A DNA stretch of 64,000 bases from the human T2T-CHM13v2.0 reference genome, Homo sapiens (GCF_009914755.1 NC_060940.1), one strand, 5' to 3'. Counted from the first letter of the stretch, positions 14,750 through 29,956 are shown. Numbers and translations: made by a program. Notes: generated from the letters alone by a model not told the origin.

Positions 14750-15080
14750 ATTTATTTATTTATTTTTATTTTGTTGTTGTTGTTGTTGTTGTTGTTGTTG
14801 AGACGGAGTCTTGCTCTGTCTCCCAGGCTGGAGTACAGTGGCGCGATCTCGGCTCACTGCAAGCTCCGCCTCCTGGGTTCACGCCATTCTGCCTCGGCCT
14901 CCTGAGTAGCTGAGACTACAGGCGCCCGCCACCATGCCCGGCTAATTTTGTTTTGTATTTTTAGTAGAGACAGGGTTTCATCATGTTAGCCAGGATGGTC
15001 TCAATCTCCTGATTTCGTGATCCGCCCACCTCAGCCTCCCAAAGTGCTGGAATTACAGGCGTGAGCCACCGTGCCCGGCC
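14750..15080 (-). mobile_element. AluY with (TTTA)n(TTG)n tail
   Basis: AluY diagnostics (gcaagctccgcc, ttcacgccattc, ttagccaggatgg); 41-bp flanking direct repeat. Confidence 0.95.
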
Positions 15081-15577
15081 TGTAAAGGTAATTTTCTATT
15101 TCTGAATAATCCTCTTTATTTTTTTACAATCCTAAATGCACCCAATTTTCCTCTTTAAAAGATCTATGCAACACTTGCCTGAACACTAAACCACTATAGT
15201 ATTTCTGTAAGGGTTAATTGAAGAATAGTTATGGAAGACTAGTGAAAAGTGGAAATAACTTTAGAATCAATGATATAATCAGAAATCCAAGGATAAATAA
15301 ATGCTATTATCTCTAGATCACAGAGAATTATACAGAACACAAATTGTTAGGCAAATCTGGAAGTCAGGTATAAGGGAAGACAAGAAGCTGGGGGCTGTGA
15401 GAGTAAATGGGATTTTACTCTGACCTGACACTGAGATGAATTTACTACATCTCGCTCAATATCAGTTTCTAGAGTCTATTTGTTTTCATGTATATGGCAA
15501 GTGCTTTGAGTCTTCCAACTGTTGGAAAAAACAAAGCAAAAAAATAAAACCAAAATGTTTCACCCTTAATGATGTAC

Positions 15578-15680
15578 TAAAAGAAAGAAGAAAGGAAGGA
15601 GAGAAAGAAAGAAAGAAAAGAAAGAAGAAAGAAGGAAAGAAAAAGAAAGAAAGAAAGAAAGAAGAAAGAAAGAGAAACAA
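15578..15680. repeat. GA-rich (GAAA)n low-complexity tract
   Basis: Direct inspection. Confidence 0.9.
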
Positions 15681-16313
15681 TAGAGGCAGTAATAGGTCCT
15701 GTGCTGAGTCAGCAGTCTCAAACATTTCTATATTACATGTGGAATTCAGCCAGAACAGAGCTTTAAATATCTTTTTCACAAAGAGTGACATAGAATAAAA
15801 ATAATGAATTAAAATTGGTTCTTTCCTAGCATGACTGTTTATGATGTTTGTAAAAGAAATTTATGAGACAGACTCTCTTCCCAGTAAAATTTACTGATTG
15901 GTTTTTTTCTTTGACAAAAGACGTGAACGGAACAATTTTGCAATTGCCTGAAAATAATGCTGGATTTATTGCCTGGTCAGAATATAAGAGAAATTTAATC
16001 ATCCATAACAGGTGCAAGTGATAGAGTCAGCAAAATCTCTTTCCCTAGTATAAATGAACCAGTAAAAACCATCTCACTACATATACATCATTGAAAAAGA
16101 TGGCAGAGGCTTGGAGGCAAGGAAGAAGAGATAAAGCAGAAGACAGCTAGAAGATTAGAAATGGATAGAGAAGGGATGAACTGGGGTTAATGAGATTTGG
16201 CTTCTACATAGTTAGTATCTGTAAACCCGAAAGCAACTTCAAATATGAAATCAAGTTCCAAATAGAGAGATGAAGTAAAAGACTACCCCTCTAGAAAAAA
16301 AAAAAAAAAGCCC

Positions 16314-16765
16314 TGTTGTGGATTGAATTTTGTCCTCCCCCAAATTCATATGTTGCTATCTTAATTCGTACTTCCTCAGAATGTGACCTTATTTGAAAAT
16401 AGGGTCATTGCAGATTTAATTAGTCATGTTAAGGTGAGGTCATTAGGCAGTTCCCTAATCCAATATGACTGATGTTTTTATAAAACGAGGAAATTTGAAC
16501 ACAGAGACACACACAGGAAGAATGACATAAGATAAAGGCAGAGAATGGAGAGATGCATCTAAGTCAAAGAGTGCCAACAAACCCCCAGAAGCTAGGCGAA
16601 AGGCATGGGGCAGATTTTCTGTTTCACAGCTCTCAGAGGGAACCAACCCTGTAGATAAGTGAGTCTTGGATATCCAGCCTCCAGAGCTGTGAAACCATAT
16701 ACTTCTGTTGTTTAATCTGCCAATTTGTAGTTACTTTGTTAAAGAAGCCCTAGCAAACTAACATG
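16314..16765 (+). mobile_element. Solo MaLR LTR (MLT1C-like)
   Basis: TGTTGTGGATTGAAT start, 'gccctagcaaactaac' end, flanks agccc/tgccc. Confidence 0.85.
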
Positions 16766-17608
16766 TGCCCGAAACCTTTACTCTTGAATAATTGCTAAAT
16801 AAAGCTAGCAACAAAAATTACTAAAATATTTGATTCCCCCATTTCGTTTTAAGGTAAATGAGAAAAGTCTAGTAGAGAAGCCTAAACTTATTAAGAAATA
16901 TTTTATTCCAGTACATTCTGAGAGCACTGACAATTATTCCACAGTGAACTCTATAGTTCCTGTTTATAAGTATTGAAATTGCCTATTAGTTGGTTCTCCA
17001 ATATCTGGATTTCTTAAATCCATGTTAAGCTTCATGAAAATCAAAGACTTTCTACCACTAGCATCTAGGAAAAGGCTAAATATGCAACTTTGCTTAATTT
17101 TTAAAAATCGAAGTAGTTTAATGTGATCTGCATTAGAGCCAAACATTTCTGAGTTTAAAATTTGGCTTTGTCACATGCACACACACTTACTTGACCTCAG
17201 TATGATCAAAATATTAGATATTGAAGATAAAATAACTATTAGCTGGCTAAAGTATTAGCCAGCATATGGAAGATAATAAATGGTAGCTATTGGTAAATAG
17301 CAAAATGTAGAGGAAGGGTTTTATATATGGAATGTATAGTTACAGAGTTGTATCAAATCTGATCATGGAAAGATGCCTCACTACCATGAAACTTGTTGCT
17401 CATCTCAATAAGTAGAATGATAGTGTATGTTGGATTGTTAAATAAACTAGAGCTTTATCTGGTAAGTTATAAGAATGCAACAAGTTATATAAACTCATCA
17501 AATATTAGTTATCTCTCCTTTGATATATAGAATAATTAGATGACTCCAGATCTGCATACAAATTGCATAGTACTCCCTTTTGAGAGATGGTTTTTTAAGC
17601 ATTCTTGC

Positions 17609-18045
17609 TGCTAAAGTTGGGACAGTTGTCCTCTCCAAATTTCATGTTGAAATTTGATCACCAGTGTTGGAGGCAGGACCTAATGGCAGCTGTTTGGGTC
17701 ATGGGAGACTATCCATTATGAATAGCTTAATGCCCTCCCTGGGACAAGGGTGAATGAATTCTCATACTATTAGTTCCCTCAAGAGCTGGTTGTTTAAGAG
17801 CTATGAACCTCCCTCCTCCTGCTTCTCACTCTTGCTTTCTCCCCGTACCATGTGATCTCTGCACATGTCAGCTCCCGTTCCCCTTTCACCATGAGTGAAA
17901 GCAGTCTGAAGCCCTCACCAGAAGAATATACTGGTGCCATGCTTCTTGTATAGCCTGCAGAACCATGAGCTAACTAAACCTATTTTCTTTATAAATTTCC
18001 CAGCCTCGGGTATTCCTTTATAACAAAATAATACAGACTAAAACA
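17609..18045 (+). mobile_element. Solo MaLR LTR (MSTB-like)
   Basis: 'catgttgaaatttgatcaccagtgttggagg' and 'acagactaaaaca' termini. Confidence 0.85.
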
Positions 18046-21000
18046 TTTAGCTTTTTGTTTTGCTGGCTTGTGCCCTTATTGGGAGTTTCCATTTCTTGGT
18101 CCTGATGATCAAATGATTTTTAGATATTCAGACCTTTTAATTAAGTCCGAAGTCCAGAATTAGGTGGCCCAAGCAAAAATGTGTTGGAATCAGTGTCCTT
18201 TATCACCAGCCTGGATTTAGCAGCCAGATATATCTTGTTATTTACTTGGCCATATAGCAAGTGCAATCTTAAATCCAATTGACAAACGTCATGAAACAAG
18301 AGCTACCCTGTTTCTCCACTATCTCTCTTCCTTGGATATTAGGTCAGACTCATTGTACAGATTTAAAATATGGAGTAAAGTGTATTATAAGAATCCATGA
18401 TGTTAGTTGGAATCCAAGCTTTTGTGACAAAAAGCAAACCAAACTAAGAGATTCCAAGTGAGGAGGAGCCCTTTTCTACTGCCTCTCCTTGCATCCTGCA
18501 TGACTATTTTGTTCTTTACTGTCCAGATAAACTGACTTGACTTTGATTCTTTTTTTTATACTGCATAGTGTATGCCCACACATAGTCCCTATTTTACACG
18601 TTGGATATGCAGGTTCCTGAAAAGAGAAAATAATCCCACTCAGGTCCAATTACCAAATAGCCAATATGACTAGGCCAGCTTGTACTAAGTTTCTAACTCT
18701 AGTTAAATTGACTGAGGATGTAGGACTGGAATTCTCTTTTAATAAAAGCCCCCAGCATCCTACTGACTGAACTATATGAATGAAGGATGGCAGGGGTAAA
18801 GATTTCATGAAATAAAGTCTGGGAAGGAAATCAATCAAAAAGCTGTCTGATATCCCTAGTCCCATTCTATGTCAGGGACCTTGTCCTTACTCTTAAGAGA
18901 ATTGAAAGAACAGTTCCCATGGCAACTCCTCCTCCTCATGAGTTGAATGATTGATTTGTCCCACTTCCCATCTATTCTGTAACTTCCTTGTTTGGGCAGA
19001 TCTCAGAGCTGGGGCTGACACATGCTTGACTGTTGGCATGTTTTTTTCCTCCTAAAATCAAATTCTGAGTTTTGACACTTGGAAGCTCTTATTATGGATT
19101 TTAGCAGATCAAGATGTCCCTTGGATCACCATGACCAACCTGTATTGTTGTATTTATTTTCCTTTTGGTGTTGTCTTTCTCTAATGCCTGGTGTCTATTT
19201 TTCCAACCACAGTATGTCTAACACTATAACCTGCCTTTATGAAGATAGCAGAGAAACATTCACATTTTGACAGCTTTTGTCTCTGAGTAGCCTTCAGAAA
19301 CACTTTTGTCTTCCTTGACACAATCTGTTGACATACAAGAGGAGACATGATTTTTCTCTCTCTGGAACACCACTACATTGGAATGGCCTTCTCACTTGAC
19401 AAACCTTATGGCAGAGACCAAACTCTTTGCATGCTGACTGGTCAGCACTGGTTATTAACCTGCCAGCTCAGTTCTGATGCCTGGAGGAAAGACAACAGGG
19501 TTTTAAAGGGACAGTAAATATTCCATACAGCTCTGGACTAAACAGAGTTGTATCTTTGAAAGATTTATATTTATAGTAAACATAAATCAACTCTCTAAAG
19601 AAAATGAAAAAAATAGATGTCTACATAATTTACCAGCAGACCACCTTGCATAGTTTCAGAGTACACTGATGTGATTATCAGAAGAGTCCTGGTGATGACA
19701 GAAGGTTTAGATTCACAGTGAGGATAATAATTGCTTTCAATGCAAATGAGTGGAAGCATAAATAATGTAGTCTCAGGAGTAAACTTTTCTTGTTGGTATA
19801 AAATATCTGGTCCTAATAAGACAGGGTAGCTGAAGGTGTGGGAGGAGGTTAATCCTTCGTACTGCAATAAATTAAAAATTATGGAGACAATATATTAAAT
19901 GCCATGTGTGTTGATTCTTTGTGATAAATATGCATTTTGATAGTTGAATGAATATAGGCTATTGAAAGGATTATGACCTCTAGGAAGTAAAAACCTTAGT
20001 GAAATTTTCCTGATCTTGGGACAAATTTGTAAATTAATATACTGGACCAAAAAGTAGAGGGGAATTTAATGATATAATAAGTGTTTTTCTAAAAATAAAG
20101 TGTTGGCCTCAGATCAACCCAATGCATCCTTCCGGTTTACCCTTCTACTCCAGGACCAGAACAGGTGAACAGAAAAGCCACACCTATATTTTAAAATAAC
20201 AGAGATAAGACACAGCCTAGTCAAAACTAAAACCTGGCTAACATGGCTTATTAGATTATTTATTAATTTTCTCATTCTCTTTAAGAAGAAAACATTTATA
20301 ATGCCTAGTACACTTCTTGACACATAAGTGATGCTCAATAAATATTTGTGAAATAGATTTAAGAATGATTGAATCTTCATCATTGTCAATGGAAAAGTCA
20401 AGGTTTAGAGAGGTTGAGAAGAAGGTTCTCTTATGTAATCAGTTCCTAATTCAGCAGGAAAATAAAAACTGACATATTTTGAGATTTTGCATTAAGCCAA
20501 TTATTCCAGACACAATGTACATAAATTCAGGCTTAGTTTTAAGAATAGCCTTTTTATTTTCTGTTTTATGGACAATTCAGCATTTTGTTACAATCAAGTA
20601 ATATGCCAAAGAGATGACTTGGCTTACATGTAAGTTATTTGGGATTAAATCTCAAATAACTATAAGCGTTATTCTGACAACATAATGATTTTTGAAAAAA
20701 GTTTCAAGGTGTTTTATCATAACATTTTGAGAAAAAAATAGGGTGGTATTGTAGCAGTCCAAGGTGACCTTCTGAGCTGAAAATGAACCTCTCTTTTTCA
20801 CTGAAATAAATGAACACACATTTTGTTTAGTGGTTTAAAAGAAACTGAGTGATTGAAAGAGGATGGACAATTTTAAAAAAAAAGTGAAAATTCTGAATAA
20901 TGAGGCAATATATTTTTACTGAACACTGCTAGTTGTCAATTGTGTTAGATTGTCCTGGGTCATGTGAAAAATTTACCATTTACTGTTTACATCCCCAAAG

Positions 21001-21166
21001 AATCTGACAGGAACATGTTGGTCCACTTCTCAACTACTGCCATTTTTGACATAACACTTACCCTGGAAAATACTTTCTTACTGACACTGGAGTGAATATC
21101 TACTATAATCTGGGAATGTCTAAGCATGAATATGTGGGACTTTCTCCATCGAAATGGTGGTTCTAA

Positions 21167-21459
<293 letters not shown>

Positions 21460-22944
21460 ACATTATCAACTTTTTGAACCTGATCTTTCCAGCCTACTTA
21501 ATTGAGCTGGCTCACCAACTACATGTTTTCTTCTTTTTAACTGGAAAGTTAGGCTGAAAACTAGCATAGAATTTCCTCTTGACAAATATATAAAATGAAG
21601 AGGAATATCTCTGATCTTCCTTGAAATATAATATTTATTCTATTCTCAGAACCAGAAAAAATATCATTATAATTCCACCACTTTTGTGTATGTAGAAGTT
21701 GTTTTATTATATCATATTATATCATTGTTATAACTTTCCATTAAAACGGTGCAAGATTTGTATGTGTGAATACAAGATAAAAATTTATTATTGAATATGT
21801 CTATATTTTATTTGTAAAAAATTTACTTTCTACACTAAATAAGTAGTATTCATTGGATATCTTTAGTTTCAAATAATTTTATCTACAATATCCAGAAAAT
21901 TAGCCAATAATAGCAATCCTACTTCCTCTAAAAATACCTGATATTTAAAAGAGTAAACATGGAAAGCCATACTATATGACAAATGTTGCAGAAAATATAA
22001 ATCACCCCAAAATTTGGTCTCCTCTTTTCAATCAGAATATAATCAATGACTTTTATACAGATTCCATTTTCAGATACCTGTTTCTACATCAATAGCTTCC
22101 AATGAGGGAGATTCAAGCAAAATATGATTGGGTGAAGATTTTTTGTAACATTATCTTAAAAGACAATTACTACTGGCCTTACCCCCTTATTCTTCATCTT
22201 TTTCTTCTGGGTTGGACTATAAATATGATGGTGAGATTTGGATCAGCCACATTAGACTATGAGTTCAAATTGGAAATAGAATTCAGGCTTGAAGTAAAAA
22301 GCTAGAGGATCCTGGTTCCATGAGTATATTAATATTTCCAATATCGTCTTTGGACTACCTACTTTTATACTCTATGTGAGAGGAGACTAAACTATGTATT
22401 GAATTTAAGATTCTTTTATGTCATGACTCTTCTAGTAAGTAAATTCAGTCCTTAGTTACAAAGGTAACTGTATCTAGGGATATTTTGTGTCTTGTCCTAC
22501 ACTAGATATTGGGGAAATATAAACATTCATAAATGTGAAGAAAATTTACTCAAATGGTATTCATCTAGAGGACCTAAAATTTTTTTTGGTTTCTTTAGCA
22601 CCTCAATTATTCAAACTTGCACACTGAAGAATACTTTATGATAATATATGTATAGGGAATAATAGCAGAGTAAATCTTACTCATTTTAAAGGGTATTGGC
22701 TACATAATCTAGTACTATATAGTCCAATAAACAAGTTTAGTAAAATGTTTCTCCCTCTCCAAAGTCTAAATTTTATTATTTTATCACACTGAATTTATAA
22801 ATTACTGATACATATTACAAGAAAATATTAAAGAAAAATACAGAGTAAAACATATTTGTTCCTAGGGGTGAGGGCTTATAGTGCCATGTATTGTAATACA
22901 TAGGTCTTTTTAAAGTCAGGAAGCCTCTGGATTCAATGGCCAAA

Positions 22945-23055
22945 AAAGAAGAGACAGTAGAGGGGGTGAGAATAGAAAGAGAGAGAGTGAGAGTAGAAAG
23001 AGAGAGAGAGAGAGAGTCAGTGAGAGTAGAAAGGGAGAGAGTGAAAGGAGGGGGG

Positions 23056-23125
<70 letters not shown>
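22945..23125. repeat. (GA)n microsatellite with degenerate GA-rich flank
   Basis: Direct inspection. Confidence 0.95.
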
Positions 23126-23128
<3 letters not shown>

Positions 23129-23309
23129 AGAATGAATGGAGCCATTGCAGCCAAATGAAACTGAGAGAAAGAAGAGAGAAAAGAAATGACCAATGTCCTA
23201 TTGGTTTGTTTTTTTTTCCTTCAATTCATTGATAGAAAATAGGCTCAATGAGTAGCAGAATCCCTTTTTATTTATGTGTGAAATTCTTTAAATCTTCATT
23301 CATCCTTAA

Positions 23310-23638
<329 letters not shown>

Positions 23639-24349
23639 GAGAAATAGAAGTTTTAATGTAACTCAATTTGTGATGAAGGTGGGACCCTTTATTATTTATT
23701 AATTCATCTATATAAATAAATATAGATGGCACTCAGGCTATATTGCTGAGTGAAGTCATGGAAAGATAAATTAATAAATAATGAAGGATTGGATAAGTGA
23801 TGTCAAAATGTTGCACTACTAATTCTTCAAAAAATTCTCTCTATATTAATATATATACATACCACATAGACATATATACACATATATACACACACTTGTG
23901 TATATATGTATGTATGCCTACACATTTACATATGGTCACTCTTGAAATATAAATATAATTTTAAATTTACTTATGGTAAAATCACTGTTGTTTGGTTTAT
24001 GATTCTGTAAATTCAAACATATGTATACATTTTATCACCATCACCAGAAACAGAACAGCATACAGAACAATTCCATAACCCCCAAAATTTATTTTGTGCA
24101 GCTCCACAGCAAACACTACTCCAGCTTCTAACTCAGGCAACCAGTGATCTATTCTCCATCTCTGTAACTTTATCTTTTCCAGAATGTAATATATTTGGAA
24201 TCAGATAATATGTAACAGTTGAAACAGGTTTCTTTCACTTAGTGTAATGCATTTGAGACTGATTCAAGTGTTGTGTTTATGGATAGTCTGTTCCTTTTGA
24301 TGCTAGGTAGTATTTCATTATACCACAATTGGTTTATTTACTTATATTA

Positions 24350-25066
24350 TTTTTTAAAGAAGCCCAAACACATTTTCTTGCTGTATTTGTGTTTAATTCT
24401 CCATCGATAATGAGCAATCATGAAGATGGCCTTCTGCAGTACAACATAGTCACAGGACTGAGGCGATTCATCGGCACTGAGAAGGAGTATGAGGATCACA
24501 GAGGGGGGGCTGCCTCTTGCTGTTTCATGTTAGAGACAAACTGTAACACAGTCCATGGGCCTGCAATCTTCCCCTTTTATTATCTGGTAAACGATGTAGT
24601 CTTCCACTTAATTCCGGAAGTCCTAGTTGTCCCGCAAGTGATGTTCTGCAGCTTCAATATTCAGTGGATCATCAAAATTCACAAGATCAGTAAAGAAAGA
24701 GTTTAATCCCCAAACAATATCCTTTATGGGATGTTCTCGTGGGATCCCAGCCAGTGTAGTCAATTGAATGTTCTCTCAGTAAACTCAGATATACTTCTCC
24801 TGTCTCTGTAATGTTGTGGTGCCACATCCTGCTCAGGCATTTCACTTTGGGAGGCGCCATGATGTACGCATGGGAACCTCAGTTCAAATGGAAATTTTCC
24901 ACCCTGTAACCCCTCATCTGGTTACAGTTAGCTGAAAACAATGAGGCTGGTTTGGATCAAGAAAAGACACTTTACATGTAGAGGGTAAATTAGCTTCAAG
25001 CAACTTGTCTCTCACAGAAACCCTCCAAGTGGAGTCGGACACTGTGGCTGCCGTTGGGACCCTTTG
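24350..25066 (-). pseudogene. UBE2F (NEDD8-conjugating E2) processed pseudogene, 5'-truncated, frameshifted
   Basis: Minus strand reads [45 protein letters not shown]...[43 protein letters not shown]...[38 protein letters not shown], colinear with recalled UBE2F protein; intronless, ~225 nt 3'UTR, short A-rich end. Confidence 0.95.
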
Positions 25067-25181
25067 AACAACAGTTTTTGTTGTTGTTTGTTTTCCATGT
25101 TTTGGTGACCAGGATAATGCTTCCATAAACATCCATGTGCAGATTATTGTTTGAATACGAATGGACATTTCTCTAGAGTAA

Positions 25182-25521
<340 letters not shown>

Positions 25522-25550
25522 CAGTGTATGCTTTTTAATAAGAAAATACC

Positions 25551-25838
25551 TGCCGGTCGCGCAGTGGCTCATGCCTGTAATCCCGGCACTTTGGGAGGCC
25601 GAGGTGCGTGGTTATGAGGTCAGGAGATTGAGACCAACCTGGCTAACACGGTGAAACCCTGTCTCTACTAAAAATGCAAAAAAATTAGCCAGGTGTGGTG
25701 GCATGCACCTGTAGTCCCAGCTACTTGGGAGGCTGAGGCAGGAGAATCGCTTGAACCAGGAGGCAGATGTTGCAGTGAGCCAAGATAGGCCCTTGCACTC
25801 CAACCTGGGCAACAGAGGGAGACTCCATCTCCAAAAAA

Positions 25839-25891
<53 letters not shown>
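25551..25891 (+). mobile_element. AluSc8-like with A-tail extended by (TA)n(CA)n
   Basis: 'gagattgagaccaacctggctaacacgg' with S-type right arm. Confidence 0.93.
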
Positions 25892-25892
<1 letters not shown>

Positions 25893-28800
25893 AGACGGTT
25901 TTCCAGAGGGACTGAACCATTTTGCATTCTCACCATCAATTTTATCAATTTTTAAGAGTTCCAATTACTCTCTATCCTTGACAGCACTTAGTATTGTCAT
26001 ATTGTTATCTTTTAAATTTATTTTAGCAATTCTAATAGGTGTGTATTTCTGTGTCATTCTTGTTTTAATTTGCATTTCCTTAATGACTCATTGATGTTGA
26101 ACATTTTTTCATGCACATATTTTGCTACCACTATATTCTTTGCAGTGCAATGTCTGTTCCATATTTTGCCCGTTAAAGTTGGGAGGTTATTTGTTTTCAT
26201 GTTTGTTTTCTCATTTGTTTTCTCTTTATGTTTCCCGAATACAAGTTTTTTGTTAGGTATGTGACTTGAACCTTTTTTTTCAGTTTGTGGCTTATCTGTT
26301 CATGTTTCAACAATGTCTTTCACAAAACAAACTTTTAAGGTTTTATGAAGTTCAATTAGCTTTCATTAATCATGATTTTGGTTTCTTTAATAACATTTTG
26401 TCTAATTCAAGGTCCCCCCAATTTTTTTAATGTTTTCATCTCAAAATTTATTTTTGAAATAGATTTATCCTTTACATTTAACTCCATGATCCATTTAGAG
26501 TTAATGTTTATACAAAATATAAAGTTTAAGTCAAGCTCATTTTTTGGCATATAGATGTCCAATTATTTCAGAAATATTTATTGAAAAGACTATGCTTTCT
26601 CCATTGAATTGCCTTTGCAACTTTTTCAAAAATTATTTGACCATATTTATTTATATTTCTGTACTCTCTATTTAAATTTTTAAACAGTATGCAATAAAAC
26701 AAAAGCTGGCTTTGCAAAGTCACTTTAAGTAAAATATTTAAAAATATATATATAAAACCCTATGTACCCATTATTTTTCCCTCTCTACATTTACTCAGAT
26801 ATTTACCTTCTTTTTCTTTTGTTCTTCATTCATTACCATTTCTCTTCCATTTGCATTTTTTAAAGCATGTTTATGGGTGACAAATTGTCCTAATTTTCTT
26901 TCATCTGAGATTGTGTTTCACTTTTGATCCTGAAAGATAGTTTTGCTTGATAAGAATTCTCAGTTTACTTTTAGCTTCTCCTCTCAGCACTTTAACAAAT
27001 ACTATTCCACTCTCTTGCCACATCCATCAATTCTGATTAGAAACCTGCAGGTATTTGAATTATTTCTCCCTCTATGCAATGTGTGGTTTTTCTCTGGCTG
27101 CTTTTAAGACTTATCCTTTATCTTTGGTTTTCAAGAGTTTCACTATAGTGCCCCAGAATGGTTTGATTTCTGCTTATTCTGCTTGGAGTTGGCTGAGTGT
27201 TTTGGATCTGTAAATTTATGTCTTTTATTAAATTTGTAAGGCAGTCAACCATTGTTTATTTAAATATTTTGTCAGTATCTATGTCTTGTTATCTTTGCTA
27301 TTAGTCCCTAATGACACAAATGTTAGCATTTCTGATACTGTCACACAGAGATTGCTAAAATTATTTTTATTTTGTTTTAATCTTTTTTCTCTCTGATGTT
27401 CAAACATTATAATCTCTATTGATCTATTTTCATGTCTAGTGATCTTTTCTTATGTTACATCTGCCCTATTATTGAGCTCTTTCGGTAATTAAAAAATTTC
27501 TCTTATTGAGTTTTTTTGGTTCCAAAATTTTTATTTTAAAGACTCTATTTGTTTTCCAAATTTTCTGTATTTTTATTCATTTGAAGACTATGATTATTTC
27601 ATGGAACATAATCATAACAGATGCTTTAAAGTTGTTATGAGACTCTGCATCTTATTACAGCTTTGTAGACAGCTACTTTCTTCTTTAAAAAAGTCAAACT
27701 ACTTTGATTAAGACCACAAATTCTGAACCACCTTTTTTCAGAACCATAGTTTTAATAAGTTTAATTTTCAAAGGCTTTGCTGCATAATTCTGGTACATTC
27801 AGTGTGTGAAAGATCTAAGGTTCATTATGGATTTGGAAGTGATCCAGACTTATATGTAGTCTTAACCTTTGTATTGTTAATTCTGATCAGTTCCACATGT
27901 GATCAGTTCAAAGTACAGCCCAAAATCTTATGTGTACATAAATTCCAAGTGTCTCTTTTTTCCCACACCCTGTAATCTCCATGCTGTTGAATTTCCGGTG
28001 GCCCCTGTTCTGCTGTTGCAGATACTAAACCTGAAGTTTTAGGGCACCCATTCTATTGCACACATCCTATGACCGGGTTAATGTTGGTGTAAAACAGCAA
28101 GATAAAAGAGTCTGCAAAGCTGCTGCTGTTGCCACTGCCACCTCCACCTCTTTTGCCTCTGCTGCTTCCATCATAAGCATCCAGTTTGTTTCTGGAATTT
28201 GTCTAGCACGATGCTAGAAGAATCGAAAAAGCTTCATCCTTTAACCCCCCACACCAAGATCTCATCCTTTTGTCTAGACAAAGTGTGTGTTTTTTTTTTC
28301 TTCTTAGAACTCTTTCTATCTATATCCATCAGCAATTCTGAGATAAGGTATTCTAATCAAGAAGCTACTGAAGAAAAAATGAGCAAAAAAAAAAAAAAAA
28401 ACCAAACAAACAAACAAAAAAAAACATACACAGCAAATCAGGACAGCAGCAAAAAGCAAAACAAAACAAAACAAAAAACCACAAATGGAAATTTACCACT
28501 ATATGGTCATTTGAAGGTGGTGGCGATTTCCCTACTCTATGTGCCAGCTCTTACCTACTGCTCAGAGCCCTCTGGTAGACATTTTACTTTTTTTTTTTCC
28601 AGTATTCTTGGTAGTAATCAGTTAGCAAGATGAGCTAGATGTGCATATTCCATCTTAACTGGAACTGGAAATTTCCTGCACCAACAATTTTTAAGAATCT
28701 CAGAGTCCAATGGGCCATTATTATTGACATGAGAGACATATATTTAAGAGAGGTGAGAAGAACACTATTTTGAAAAAGAATATTCTGTATTGCTAATTAG

Positions 28801-29884
28801 AACTCTATAATTTGATTACTGGAAAGAAAATGGAAAGTCATTTACTTAGAGATAGCATGTAAAGACTCCTTGCTAGTGAAGGATAAAAAATGAAATGAGA
28901 AGAGGAGAGAGAGAGAGAGAAAGAAAGAGACAGGGACAGAGAAAGAGATACTATTCTATATATGAATTTCCAGAAGTTAGTAAAAAATATTTCTCACCTA
29001 TTTATTTTTATAAGTAACATTTTCCTTGGTATAACATATTTTATGTTCAAGAAACTTATATGTGTTTGTGAGTGTGTATCTTAATTGTTTGAACTGTAGA
29101 AAAGCAAATGTTGAATAACTGATCGAGGTTTGTAACCCAGAAAGACTAAGATGTCAGCACAATATAATAACCACATACTTGGAGAAATAAATTATAAGTA
29201 TTATGGCTAAATAGAAAATTATGATCCAAGGTTTTCATAAGCCACTGTTGACTCAGAAGATGGTGGATAAGATGAGATAAGGGTTAGAAAGCATTGTCAC
29301 AGGGAAACCAAAGGAAAACAGTTCTGGTGTCAGTCTAGTCAGGGAGAAAGTTATTGTCATGTTAAATAAACACAAATGCCTCTAAAAGCAAAGAGTCCCA
29401 GGATCCCATACTTAGGATCTGTTAGAGAGAATGTAGGCGTCTGAACTGTATATGCAAGGACTGAGCCTAGGGAATGAGAGGACGTTCAATTGATTAGAGC
29501 AGTAGGATGCTTTCATTTCCATTCTAGGCTGAATACTTTGACAACAGTGTGAAGATAAACCCATTTGCAACTGTCATTACTGGAAGGAGAATAAGCAGTT
29601 AGGATCTATGGGAATAACCTAACAGAAGGGAAAATAGCTTCACAGAAGTGGAAGAACCATTTTCTGAAGCCATTTCTATGATTATGAAAGTTGAGCAGAA
29701 TTTTCATAGATGTTTAGGCATCCTTAGAATGGATAGGGCATGGTATTTTGTTGTAGGCCTGTCACTGGGGTGGTTATAAAGAGGGAGGAATTACGGATGC
29801 ATTTCAGGTTTCCAGTCTGTGAATGTAGCAGATATTGGGACAAGAGAGGTAGTCAGGCAGTAAGAAAGCCAAAAAGTACAAAAA

Positions 29885-29905
29885 AGAGAAAGAGAAAGGG
29901 AGAGG

Positions 29906-29953
<48 letters not shown>
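29885..29953. repeat. (GA)n microsatellite
   Basis: Direct inspection. Confidence 0.95.

Positions 29954-29956
<3 letters not shown>

Noticed and set aside
17242-17263. Short inverted repeat gctggctaa/ttagccagc
   Set aside because: A 9-bp stem alone is too weak to interpret.
24329-24706. 125-aa plus-strand ORF
   Set aside because: Antisense shadow of the UBE2F pseudogene 3' CDS/UTR; non-ATG start inside L1.
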